This document shows, piece after piece, positions 1-11,287 of a DNA stretch of 32,042 nt. The translations under genes and the position numbers were made by a program. Position 1 is the stretch's first letter, and every line of letters starts with the position of its first letter. Source of the DNA: Trichoplax sp. H2 (lineage: Eukaryota); the NCBI GenBank assembly GCA_003344405.1, contig NOWV01000242.1, positions 62,001-94,042 on the forward strand, given 5' to 3'. The notes under the pieces were generated by a model. The model had not been told where the DNA came from. It saw only the letters and a program-made list of their open reading frames with translations, and made no database searches.

Positions 1-51
1 GCATACAGTGTTTAATGTTAAACTTATTGTAATACATTTAGAATATAAGGT

Positions 52-1983
52 ATGGCAGATAAACCATCAAAATCAACTATCCCTCAGCAAATACAATCTC
101 CATTTGAGATAGGCAAGAAAGATTACGAGACTGGCAATTATAACGAGGCACTCTCTCATTTGACCCAAGCACTTGATCAAATTCCATCAATATCAAACCC
201 TTCCGCTGATCTTGACCATCTTCAATGCGATATTTATCTTTATATTTCTGATATCTATATCAGACAAGGTGATCTTGTAAAAGCAGATGAGTTTAGCCAG
301 AAAGCACTAAAACTGGCTAATCAACTACAAGATCAAATAAAATTTGCTCGATATTTAGATAAACAAGGCGGTATTAAAAAACTACAAGGTAATATCAGCG
401 AGGCCTTAGAGGATTACAAGAAATCACTTGAAATTAAGCAAAAATACATGAAAGACGAAGAATTAGACGTCGCTCATTCGTATACTAACATTGGGAATAT
501 CTATTTTAGCCAGGATAAATTTGATGATGCACTGTCTATGTTTCAAAAATCGCATAAAATCTTAGTAAAGCTGTTTGATCATAATCATGAGCATGTTGCT
601 ACAGCATATAACAACATGGGAAGTGTGTATGGCTTACAAGGCAAGTATAAATATGCTCGTTCTATGTTTGAAAAATCTCTTCAAATCAATTTGCAAATAC
701 TGGATGAAAATGATCCTGAACTTATAGCAACTTATATGAATATTGGTAATGTTGATCGGAGCCAAGGCAAATATAATGATGCTGTTTCTATGTATAACAA
801 AGCTTTGAAAATAGCACTACAAAGGTTTGGTAATGATCATGTTCAAGTTGCTCAGTTATATAACAATTTAGGGATTGTTCACGATCAGCAAGGAAAATAC
901 GATGAGGCTCTTTCTACACACCAAATGGCGCTTAAAATTAGACTGAAATTATTTGACGAAAATCATCCTGATGTTGCCCAATCTTACCAAAATATAGGAA
1001 ATATATACAGTGATCAAGGCAAATATAAGGAAGCTCATTCTATGTATGAAAAGTCGCTGAAAATTGGCTTGCAAATATACGGTGAAAATCATACTGTTGT
1101 TGCTAATGCTTATAATAACATTGGAATGTTGCAAGCTCAACAAGGCAAATTTCAGGGTGCTGTATCAATGTATTATAAATCACTTCAAATTCGAATGCAA
1201 CTATTTGGCGAAAATCATTCTATCGTTGCTCAATCCTATGAAAATCTGGCAACTACTTATACTGAGCTGAATGAGATTGATCTTGCTCTTCGTTTGCATG
1301 AAAAATCACTCCAAATTTATTTGCATGCACTCGGTAATAACCATCCTAATGTTGCTAGTTCATGCCTCAACATTGGCAATGCCTATAACCATCTTGAGCA
1401 ATATGATGAGGCTCTTTCTATGTATAGAAAAGCAGTAGAAGTTTACATACAAGTACATGGCGATCATCATCCTGATGTTGCTACTGTTTGGAATTGCATT
1501 GCTAGCGTTTACAATCTGCAAGGCAATTATGATGACGCTCTTTCGACGTATAAGAAATCGCTTGAAATTACTCTGCAAACGCATGGCGAAAATCATCCTA
1601 GCACATCCTTGTTATATTACAACATTGGGACAGCCTATGATAGTCAAGACAAATTTGACGAGGCTCTTGATATGTATGAAAAGTCGTTAAAAATTGATTT
1701 GGAGGTACTGGATGATAGTCATTCTCGAGTTGCATCGGCATACAAAAGTATTGCGGGCATATACGATACTCAGTCGAAATTTACTGAAGCTATATCAACG
1801 TACGACAAAGCTATTAGTGTCTTGATTAATGTTTACGGAGAGAATGATCCAGAAATTGCAGAGTTATATGAAAATATCGCAGTAATTTATAAACAACAGA
1901 ATCTCCTTGAAGACGCAGCTGCTATGCAACAAAAGGCGGATAATATTTATAGCAATCTACCTGGGGAAAACTCTACTGATTAA
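52..1983 (+). CDS. Intronless tetratricopeptide-repeat protein (643 aa), about 15 TPRs, mostly the 42-aa kinesin-light-chain/nephrocystin-3-like type
   Basis: Uninterrupted ORF with an in-frame TAA at 46-48 just before the ATG. Twelve consecutive 42-aa units of the form HPxVAxSYNNIGxxYxxQGKYDEALSMYxKSLxI follow about 3 more divergent N-terminal TPRs. No other domain is visible. Confidence 0.93.
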   Translation: MADKPSKSTIPQQIQSPFEIGKKDYETGNYNEALSHLTQALDQIPSISNPSADLDHLQCDIYLYISDIYIRQGDLVKADEFSQKALKLANQLQDQIKFARYLDKQGGIKKLQGNISEALEDYKKSLEIKQKYMKDEELDVAHSYTNIGNIYFSQDKFDDALSMFQKSHKILVKLFDHNHEHVATAYNNMGSVYGLQGKYKYARSMFEKSLQINLQILDENDPELIATYMNIGNVDRSQGKYNDAVSMYNKALKIALQRFGNDHVQVAQLYNNLGIVHDQQGKYDEALSTHQMALKIRLKLFDENHPDVAQSYQNIGNIYSDQGKYKEAHSMYEKSLKIGLQIYGENHTVVANAYNNIGMLQAQQGKFQGAVSMYYKSLQIRMQLFGENHSIVAQSYENLATTYTELNEIDLALRLHEKSLQIYLHALGNNHPNVASSCLNIGNAYNHLEQYDEALSMYRKAVEVYIQVHGDHHPDVATVWNCIASVYNLQGNYDDALSTYKKSLEITLQTHGENHPSTSLLYYNIGTAYDSQDKFDEALDMYEKSLKIDLEVLDDSHSRVASAYKSIAGIYDTQSKFTEAISTYDKAISVLINVYGENDPEIAELYENIAVIYKQQNLLEDAAAMQQKADNIYSNLPGENSTD

Positions 1984-2887
1984 GGAGTTACATACGTATT
2001 GTCCTAAGCTATTAATTATTCGAAAATTTTATTTTTCTATACTACGATAGGATTGTTAGGTACGGTATTATTTTCATGTACTTTTTATGCATATAGGGTT
2101 AATAAGGAGATATTGTACATCTAAAATAGGGTCCTATCCCAGTTTGGCACGTTTATGAAGATGATACATGAAGGACCGTAAAAACTTCGATAAATCTTGC
2201 TAGATTGAAAGCGGTATAACTCTAGCAAGGTGTCGCTTTAATCTATTTTGCACGATATGTCAACAGATACTGCAGACGATGAGTGAATACGCTACAAAAT
2301 AGGAGTTTAATGTAAATCTGTTGCGTTATTAGTAATATATAATGCACAATAGTAGCATATTCTCAAAATTAAGGTACTCGTAATTTATAACAGTAAAGGT
2401 TAGCTAGAAAGCTTCTGTAAAGCTGACTAGTGCCTAACGTATTTTGTTTAATTTCGATCAAATCTCCAGGACATTTTAAATTTTCGGAGATTAGTTTATT
2501 AATGAAAAATGACCGCAAGGTTACTAACTATAACAAAGACTCAATCATGAATTGCTATCTAATCAAATTTATGAGTTTTTTTTGCTGGCATACAGTTGTC
2601 GATGTCTTGTTAATAATTATTATTTATATTATATCAAGTAATAAACCTATTGCTAACTCCCATATTCTTCGTATATATACAAAATAAACAATCGCTAATC
2701 TTTAGCGTTCCTTATTACTATTCGTTAACGGTATTTGATTGCTGGGAAGGTTTTTAAGGATTGGCAATGCTGAGAATATTCACGAAGGGTAAATATTATT
2801 CTAACTAAGCCAACAATCAATAAATAGGGCAATACACGTATACTGCCAATATCTGCGCAATAAAGATTCAGTATAATCCCTTGGGAA

Positions 2888-5800
2888 TCAATCGTCCGAA
2901 ACTTTGCGTTTCCGAGATCTCTTCTTAACTTCATCGCACAACTGATTTGTTGCATCAATAGCAGATCTGCCTTCACCATTTCGTAGAAAATTTACTACAC
3001 GACGCAATCGTTTGCTTCTGATAATCGCAGGTTGAGGATTATGTATGATAGGAAAATATTGACCTAATTCATTTTGCTAGAAATTTAAAATTAATCCATG
3101 GTTAATAGCAATGACCTGATTACCATGGATTGGTTGTCACAGTTGCAATGTTACTTAACTCACCTTCGAATCTTCCCGACGGTTGAACTTTTTAAGTAAA
3201 GGCAACAAAATGTCATCGGTTTTAGACTGTGACCAATAGAATTTTGCATGGGTAAATCTGTAATATACGCATAAATGCACAAAATAGAGACTTTGATCTC
3301 CACCAATACTTTTTTGGCTACTTAAGTAGAGATATACTAGTAAGCTTAGAATAATAACGTAGCTTACTCTCGTAGTCCAGCCAGGTCAGGCATTCCCCAT
3401 TCAAACGCTCCTTTTGAATGATCAACCGTAGGATTTAAGTAGGCGTCTTTAATTCTAGCATCAGGGAAGCTATCACGAAGATCTAACTTTCTCTTTTCGA
3501 AAAAGAAAGAACGAATATAACTGCAATCGCCAGCTTAAAAATACAGTTTATAGCGTAAGGTTTACCAATTTCGGCACATATCCTTGAGTTTTATCGATTG
3601 ATCGCTTTTTCAGATCAGAAACTCTTTCTCTGAAAAATTAAGGATATCTTTATTTTAAAGTTCTGACTTTGGTAGAAATATTGCTTTTTACTGAGCTAGT
3701 TTATTGTTGTTGAAATTATATAATGTAATGATCGGTTAAGTAAACCACTACATTACATTAATTTAATCTTATACACCTAATTTTATCTTATACTACGGAT
3801 AGAATGCATATTGAGAATAATTGTAACGAATGCTTTAATTGTTTTTACTTTATTTTTTGCAATCCTGTCAGGTCGTCACCAAATGTACTAAGAAGTTCCA
3901 TAGCCATCACAATTCCAACATCTATGATAAATATAATATAGTTACATAAAGTAAAGATAATTAAAAGGTATAGATACTCGTATAAAGAGATAGAATGAAG
4001 CTACGTTACTTTTAATTCCGTCGGTGTAATCGCTGCCAAGTAGATAAGCTAAAGTAATCATCTTTTTACGATCAAGACCTGCAAGATAGTGCGCGTATAG
4101 TTTGACATTAAAAGTCAGCTATAGGTTCATGCTTTATTTTTATGAATAAATTCGTCTTCTAATTAGCTCAACGTACCCATAAGCCTCTGAATTCTCTGAG
4201 AATCGTAAAATTCTGCAAGTTTACTTTCTCTAAAGACGTATCTGTAAATATTGCGCCCTCCAAAAAGGAAGATATCGCTATCATCTGTAATTGTTCCATC
4301 GGTTTGGTTGGTAAAATCTAATACAGCACACTGGGCCTCAGCTTCCATTGGACTTACAATGTATGGAATACCGAATAGACTGAGAAGTTCCTTTGATGTT
4401 TTCAAAAAGAAATAGTTGCATAGCTATCAAGCATATGCCCGTTCAAAATGGTTCATTGAAAGCATTATGGAATTTACCTGGCATTCAGAATACATTTCGT
4501 TGGAAACAGAAGCAGCCATTCTTTCTTGCCTTTTATGTTCTTGAATAAGCGAAGTTTGCTGTTCTTCCAAGCTACGTTGGACATCTACTAATTTTGACTA
4601 ATAATGATAAATAGTGGCAAATTAAAGCACGCAATACATAAATTTTGTTCACATTTTTCGTTCTAAAAATACCATATTTGCTCCATCCCATTCCGACACA
4701 GTTTCCACAAGCCAATCTTCAACTTCAGCCTCACTATCACCTGCTTCGTCATCTTCAGCTACCTCCTCGTATACAATTTCTGTTTTGATTTCATCCTTTT
4801 TCCCTGGAGACTTGGCTGCGTTTTCTTGGCTGCCCTCTGCTTGGGTTGGATGTAATTCTTCAAGAACTTTACGATAAGGTTCGTCAGATACTTCAATAAA
4901 ATCATCTACATATTTATTAAAAGAGCCATACCACATACGCTCATTAGTGCTAATACAGCCAATACTAAACAATATTCAGACAGATGTAATTTACCTTCAC
5001 TCTCACTGTTACTTTCGACGACTGGCGCATTGTTCGAATTATCCTTCGTGACTTTTTCAATAATCAGATCATTTGATGGCGGTAGCTGTTCTTCTTGTAT
5101 ACACCGTATATCATCCTCATTGCTAGTAGCAGCTTTTCCTATTTCCGCTATTGCTTCATTATTATACGTTTGAAAAGTAATTTCTTTGTCTGGGTTTTCA
5201 AATTCTTCACTTTGGGATTCTTTCTGTTCAAAATCACTTTGAAGTACATTTGATGGTTGCTGTGAACCTTCTGCTACCTCAATCTTAATTTCAATTGGAG
5301 ACAGTTGTGATTTTTTATCTATCGAGTCGATATTGACACTATCGCTAGATTTGTCTACATTCTGTAATTCTTGATATGAAGACGTATGAGGCTCAAGGGA
5401 TATGTTTTCTCTTTGTTTATCCTTAGATTGATTCAGTACCGATGGTGTACTTGTATCCTTCATAACTAAGTTAGACTGATAACTGGAAGCATTTTTATCG
5501 GATTGCATGGCTAAGTCCATATATTCAACATTGTCATTCCGCTGAGGCTGGTTTTTCACCAGTAAATAATGAGTAGCATCTTCGGATACAACACGCCGTG
5601 ACTCGAGACTTTCTAATTCGAACATGGTTGATATATCTCCAGAATCAGCATTATTCAATTGTCGCCTAATATTATCGAGCTGGCGCGTTAATCGACTACG
5701 TTGCATTAAATTACTTAGTTGATAGCTTGAGAAATCTTTCGATTCTTGCGGTAAATCATCCATTCGTACCATTGAATAACTTTTATAGGATGACTGAACT

Positions 5801-7716
5801 TCTAAGACAACTTCATGTTGTATTTCAGGCGGTAAAGCCTTAAATTCGTCTGAATTAACGTCAAGTTGGCTTAAATCGCCGTAAACATGATGCAGGTGTT
5901 GCTTCATTTCAATTCTTTTATCCCACGTTACTTGTTCTGAATTGTCTTGATCCTCCTCCTTAACGGCACTGATACTACAAAGAGATAATTGCATTAGATG
6001 ATCGTCCGCTACTATACGCGTAATAAATATAAAAAATTCTCTATACGATAATTCGTAGATAGTTTTATATTTTTGTTAGTCCACCACATTATACAATACA
6101 TTTCAACGGTATCACAGTATATGTGCTGCCCATGATTTTATTTATCTATGTAGTAATTTGACTTCAATAGACTATTAAAGCCAATTTCTTTTGCTTAAGG
6201 TTGATTCTATCTTAATACAGTAAACAGTGTCGTATAGTAAGTCTCCTATGCAGTATACTGTAATGTGATAACTGTACATGATATTATATTTGAGTAGCAA
6301 GCCATCGCTCAATTGATCTCTTTTAAGATTCTGTTATTTAGTATCACTTACAAAGCCTTGGCTTTGCTAGATACACTAAACATGATAATTCATTGTAAAT
6401 TATGATCAATCAATGTAGATAATTAGTCTATTTTACAAGTGTAATCGACACTATTCGTATTCCTATTGAGTAGACCCATTTGTTTCGGGCATGTCATGTT
6501 TAACATCTACTTTTCTAGTAAGTTAATTTTGTGTACCACGACACTAGAGATGTTATTATGATCTGTCCTATTCAAAACATACTTTAGCAGTAATCAGGTT
6601 ATGGCTGTAATGCATCAATTTTTGTTATTTAATGTTCAAAACATTGAGACAATAGACAATAAAGTTCCTGAAAGTTATTTTTCTATCATTACAGTAGATA
6701 CACATTCTACTACGATTTTTACCCACAAACTAATGCACTATATTAAGTTTGATATAAATCCAATGCCTAAGAAAGGGCCAAGGCTTGACATGTGGATGAT
6801 TAAACAGTATATCAAGTATTGAAATAGGCAATCAATCTCGCAGTCAATGGAATAGCCCTAAAATAGTCGTTTACATTTATCGATTACCTGCTATCATCGG
6901 TTGAACTACTAGGTATTGGTGGTAATTCAAACATGTTGGAATGGATAACTTTTGCGGTCTTGATTGGATTATTTCGATCTGTTTTACCGGTGACACCACC
7001 TAAGGCGCGCTTTTTCATGTAATTTTGCAAGATTGTTCGAACTGTTTTCTCATGCTTGGCTACAGCTAATTCATGTCGTTGTCTCCTATTGGCCTAATGA
7101 GGATTTCATGATTGATAAAAATAAACATTGCATGTGAGAACAAGATTTATTTTATGCGGCTATTTTAGACTGTTTGATAGTAGGCTAATCTTTGTATGAT
7201 GATCGTACTATCGTTTGCTTCTTTAGCAGAGGTACACCACCATCGAAAACAAATACTGGACGGATTTTAAAGAATAAGAGCTTGCACAGACGATAGAATA
7301 GGCCCAATAAATGGGCATTTTCTATTAAACTCCCTTGATGATCTCTCATCCCTCGTAAACTTTCATTGAGCCATAAGCTAATATCTGTAAAATACGACAA
7401 TCGCTTATCATCAATACCAATGATGTAGAATGAATTGATTAGTTGATGGGAATACTACACTTCTGCATCTTAATACGCGTAATTATTATTTCCAGTTGAT
7501 TCCTTTGCTGAATTACTGTTGGCAATCCATTGATAGGAAATACTTATTCCTGTACAGTCGTTGTATTTATAGCTTGATACATAGGCATGGCTTGAATATA
7601 AAATTTATTTCTATTGACTTTAACTCACCTACAGCCAAGATCTTATTCTCTAGCGATTCGAGAGTAATCGGCTGTCCAGCCGATTCCAATAATTTCCATA
7701 AGCCTTTGACTCCCAT
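2888..7716 (-). CDS. ERCC5: XPG/ERCC5 (Rad2) nucleotide excision repair endonuclease, 13 coding exons, 876 aa
   Basis: Exons: 7716-7629, 7384-7209, 7093-6888, 5974-4995, 4905-4673, 4597-4478, 4390-4177, 4078-4010, 3921-3849, 3629-3566, 3492-3368, 3257-3164, 3076-2888. All introns are GT-AG and phase-consistent (2631 nt). XPG-N domain [10 protein letters not shown]...LAVDISLWL...PVFVFDG; UBM-like [22 protein letters not shown] domain [17 protein letters not shown]...[11 protein letters not shown]2[19 protein letters not shown] box QNELGQYF; C-terminal NLS-like KKRSRKRK. Confidence 0.96.
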
Positions 7717-8489
7717 TGGCGTGTAGGATTAGACCGTCTTATTTTGGCCAGCTACAAGTATCGAGTACAACTTACTGCACAGAATGATTCCCTTGTCTAA
7801 TCTCCTAATCACTTAAGGATTGTTATCATCACTGATAGATAGCCTAACTATCCATCTATTGGTAGCATTTCCAATGGAATGATTGCCTTGCAATCGCTTC
7901 CACCATTTCGAATATGCTCGATGCTTGCAATCCAGGTTTGTATGAAAAGTATCCTAGTTTCAATCATGTTTATACATGTTGAGTACAGGACAGATTCTGT
8001 CCGTCTGCGTTTTCATCTCCCTCAATCAAGTCGAAAAAACCAGAGGTAGTACTGGGACTATAGCCAAATACCCTTATTCTACTCAGGAAGGATGCAAGTA
8101 TGCAAAGGTGCCTTCCAAAATAGTCACCGAGAATTTAGTCATGAAGCTAATAGTGGAATACACTACTCATTGCTGCCTGCAAGCAGCCAAGTCTATCGAG
8201 TAGTATTAACTCTTACTATATTATTACAGCCGAAATGAGGAGGCCTCGCTCCGTTTAATCGAGGGCAAGCTGTTGCAATAGTAACTAGAATTGAAATAAT
8301 CCTGCTCGACAGGGCTAGTCTGGGACTAGTACAGCATGGTATAGCTAGGGATAGATAGTATTATACAAGGAAAATTTGTTCATTTTCCCTTAAAATTCAT
8401 TGAAATAATAATGAATCGCGTTTTAGGAAAACGCAAACGAAAAGACGAAAAGACCTTCCGTCATCGCTTTAGTCGCCATAGAAATGCAA

Positions 8490-8710
8490 AAGTGTACAGA
8501 GATCTGGACGACAGTACACCAGACCACGGCCCTGTACAGTGTACAGTGCCGAGATTTTCTTTGCACTGTACTATACTGTACTGTAGTACAGTATTCAGTA
8601 CAGTACTGTACAGTACCAAGTCAGAACTTCTGCATACTGTACACTGTACAGTGTGAGAAGCCTCTGGTACAGTACAGGCCGTACCGTACCGTACCGTACC
8701 GTGACATCAG
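8490..8710. repeat. Low-complexity, self-complementary (TACTG/CAGTA)n tract ending in (CCGTA)4, in the divergent ERCC5/microprotein intergenic region
   Basis: Many ACTGTA/TACAGT units. Hairpin-forming 8565-8604, perfect 14-bp palindrome ACACTGTACAGTGT at 8641-8654, (CCGTA)4CCGT at 8679-8702. Confidence 0.85.
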
Positions 8711-8811
8711 GTGATGACGAATACGCTAGCTTGCCTTACCAATCTCATCACACATTGCCTCAGCTTGTGCAGCGCATGGTGGATTAGAAATGCTGCCATT
8801 AACCACTCAAC

Positions 8812-9250
8812 ATGCTTGGTTTATTAATCAAAGTGGTGGCTTTCTCGTTGTCTAAGAAGGCTGCAGTTTATTTATTAGGACGTGTAAGTAGTTCTTGTTG
8901 TGCTATTGAATCGTTGATTGTATGCGTACGGTCGAATTACAGATGGTCAGGGCGTCATGTTGTAGTCTAGTGGCTAGCTAGCGGAAGTGGCAAGGTCGCA
9001 AGGATGCGGATCTGATCGATCAGCTCGACTTCTTGGATGCCAATTCGTTAGCCTTCGGAGAGGAAAGGGACTGTACTCACATTCTATCTTCTTTTCATTA
9101 ATGTAGGCTTACGGTTATCCGCGACTCTATAAGCGTATTATCACCATTAGCAATAGGTTGATTCAAAACCCTCAGAGAAGAGTCTCCATTCGAAATGGTG
9201 TCAAATATATCTTTCGATTGCCCAATCGATTATTGCCAATATTAAGGTAA
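8812..9250 (+). CDS. Putative two-exon basic microprotein, 71 aa: MLGLLIKVVAFSLSKKAAVYLLGR|AYGYPRLYKRIITISNRLIQNPQRRVSIRNGVKYIFRLPNRLLPILR
   Basis: Exon 1 is 8812-8883 with a strong donor CGT|GTAAGT. Exon 2 is 9107-9250 after the pyrimidine-rich acceptor tatcttcttttcattaatgtag. The phase-0 join is open to TAA at 9248-9250. It lies head-to-head with ERCC5. A possible donor AG|GTAATC at 9246/9247 could extend the C-terminus. Confidence 0.65.
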
Positions 9251-11287
9251 TCATCTTGAAATGGATAGATCCTTATTCTTGCTATCATCTTTACTTTCAA
9301 TCGGATACCATTCTACTGTCTAACATATTGCCTGTTTCCAATGATTCAGAGGTAGAGATCATATCAAACCTTTGCCTAAGAAGCCATCATGACCTCACTG
9401 CATCGTCTATTCCTGGCTTAACTGTTCTTATTTATTGGCATACAAATGAGGTACAACAAGGCAAAGGACTACTTATACCACTGTAGCTTATACGTTTTAA
9501 AGACATAAATAAGCATGTAAAATACGTTAGAGAAAGTAGCATAAAGCTGTTATTATTTATAATTATTTGGGGATGATCAATCTCAACGGTAGCATTAGCA
9601 TTCAATTTTCAAGAAAATACTCGTATTATTGAATATTGCAATCATTTTCGACTTCAAGAATTTGCCCAATTCCATTAACGACTCTTCTACGCTATGTACA
9701 ATATGATCAGGATGGATAACCTGTAAAGATACACCTTCGTTCTAGCGCAGGAAATCTTAATGATAGCTCTTTATTGCCATAGTGCAATCATTTATAGACA
9801 AATGTCCCAGCATCGAGTAGCGATTGTCTTTGGTAAAAGGTTATTTCATCACAAAAAATGCTTACTGGATATGATATTAGGAGCAGTGAAACTTGGCGAC
9901 CCAAATTCTCGTTAATCAAAGTCTGTAAAGTGCAATAACTGAATCAATTTCTCCGTTAGTGTTCACGAATTCTACCAATGCGCCTGTAAATTTCTCCCCC
10001 ATATTTATGTCAGCTTTGACAAATTACTGATGCCTTTCTATAATTGTAATGAATAGGTAATGATATACTACGCTGATATCAAATACATGTGTATATAAAT
10101 TCTATTAGATATAAAAGTTGTTTTATGGTAGACCAGTTACTAACGGAGCCGCGCTCCTACAGCTCTCATTCAGAAGATTGGCGATAAATAGAAAACGGTT
10201 TATAGAAGATATTTTTAGTTTTATTCCCTAAATTCATTTATTATTTGTCCTATTTATTTTCCTAATGGATAGGAAAAGGTTTTTCTTGAATTGCAGTGTC
10301 TAAAATTGTTATTGCAGGTGTAAAAAATCCGTGTACTTAAAAATATACTGCAGATAAACTATGCTTTATGGTATGACATGTTGACACTTTTATCTTTCGT
10401 AATTAAAAACCTTAAGCCTGCTGGAAATCAACATCCTTTTTAGATCATGTCCGCAATTAAAAAATATCAATAAAGATGTTTCTAAAAGTGACGTAATTAT
10501 ATCTTAATGACTAAATTGCACGTAATAGAATAGATACTTTTTATAAGATAGTGAAAGTACAAGTTGAAGAAATTGACTGGATTAAGGTATAAAAGCAATT
10601 TTATTACAGATTAACATACAGCTGAATTACAAGACCATACTATCAATAGATAAGTTTAGTCCATCAGATATGCGTTAAGGAAGGAGCAATTAATCTATTA
10701 TGTATAGCAGGATTAGTGGTAGTTAATGTGAACAATTATATTCCAAGAATAAAATAAACGTAAAAATTAAACATTAAGTTGGCTATTTACTATTTTAATA
10801 TGATGATGAAATCCATAGTAGACGAGAAAATAGCCTTGTTATTCATCACGTAATGTCCGATAATTTCTAACACCACCGTTAGCGCTAATGTTTGTGTAAG
10901 AATCAATGCATTATTACCATTACAACGTATGGTGCATTAATATTTATGTATTATTTTGCAATTATTATGGTTATGGTACGATTAGTTCGTCAACTTAACT
11001 TTAATTCTAAAATTTACATTTCAAATGGGTTGATAAAGATCAGTCCATGTCATACTTGCTCTTCAAAGGCAAATACTTAATTAACTTGCATAACCTCGAT
11101 AAACTTATTAAAATTTTTCTAAATTGAAGCTTCTAAGGTTATCAATTTTAAGTTAGCCGAATATTTTAAAAATGTATTTAAAATTACAGAATGAGTTAGA
11201 TTTTATATCTTCATAATAATTTTTTTTCCTAGCCATGATTATATGTTAATTTAAGCTCTTATAAGGACAATAACTGTCCATGACAGA

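Noticed and set aside
949..1690. Small alternative-frame and antisense ORFs inside the TPR gene (also 7496-7726, 14560-14766, 27633-27815, 28203-28400)
   Set aside because: They are shadows of real coding sequence.
4906..4994. Hydrophobic TM-like tail of the 362-aa ORF ([19 protein letters not shown])
   Set aside because: It is read-through of an ERCC5 intron; the spliced frame continues SESE|DDFIEV.
8411..8714. ORFs 8411-8656 and 8484-8714 (Cys/Thr/Val/Tyr-rich); likewise 17102-17302
   Set aside because: They are translations of the TACTG/CAGTA low-complexity tract, which lacks stop codons.
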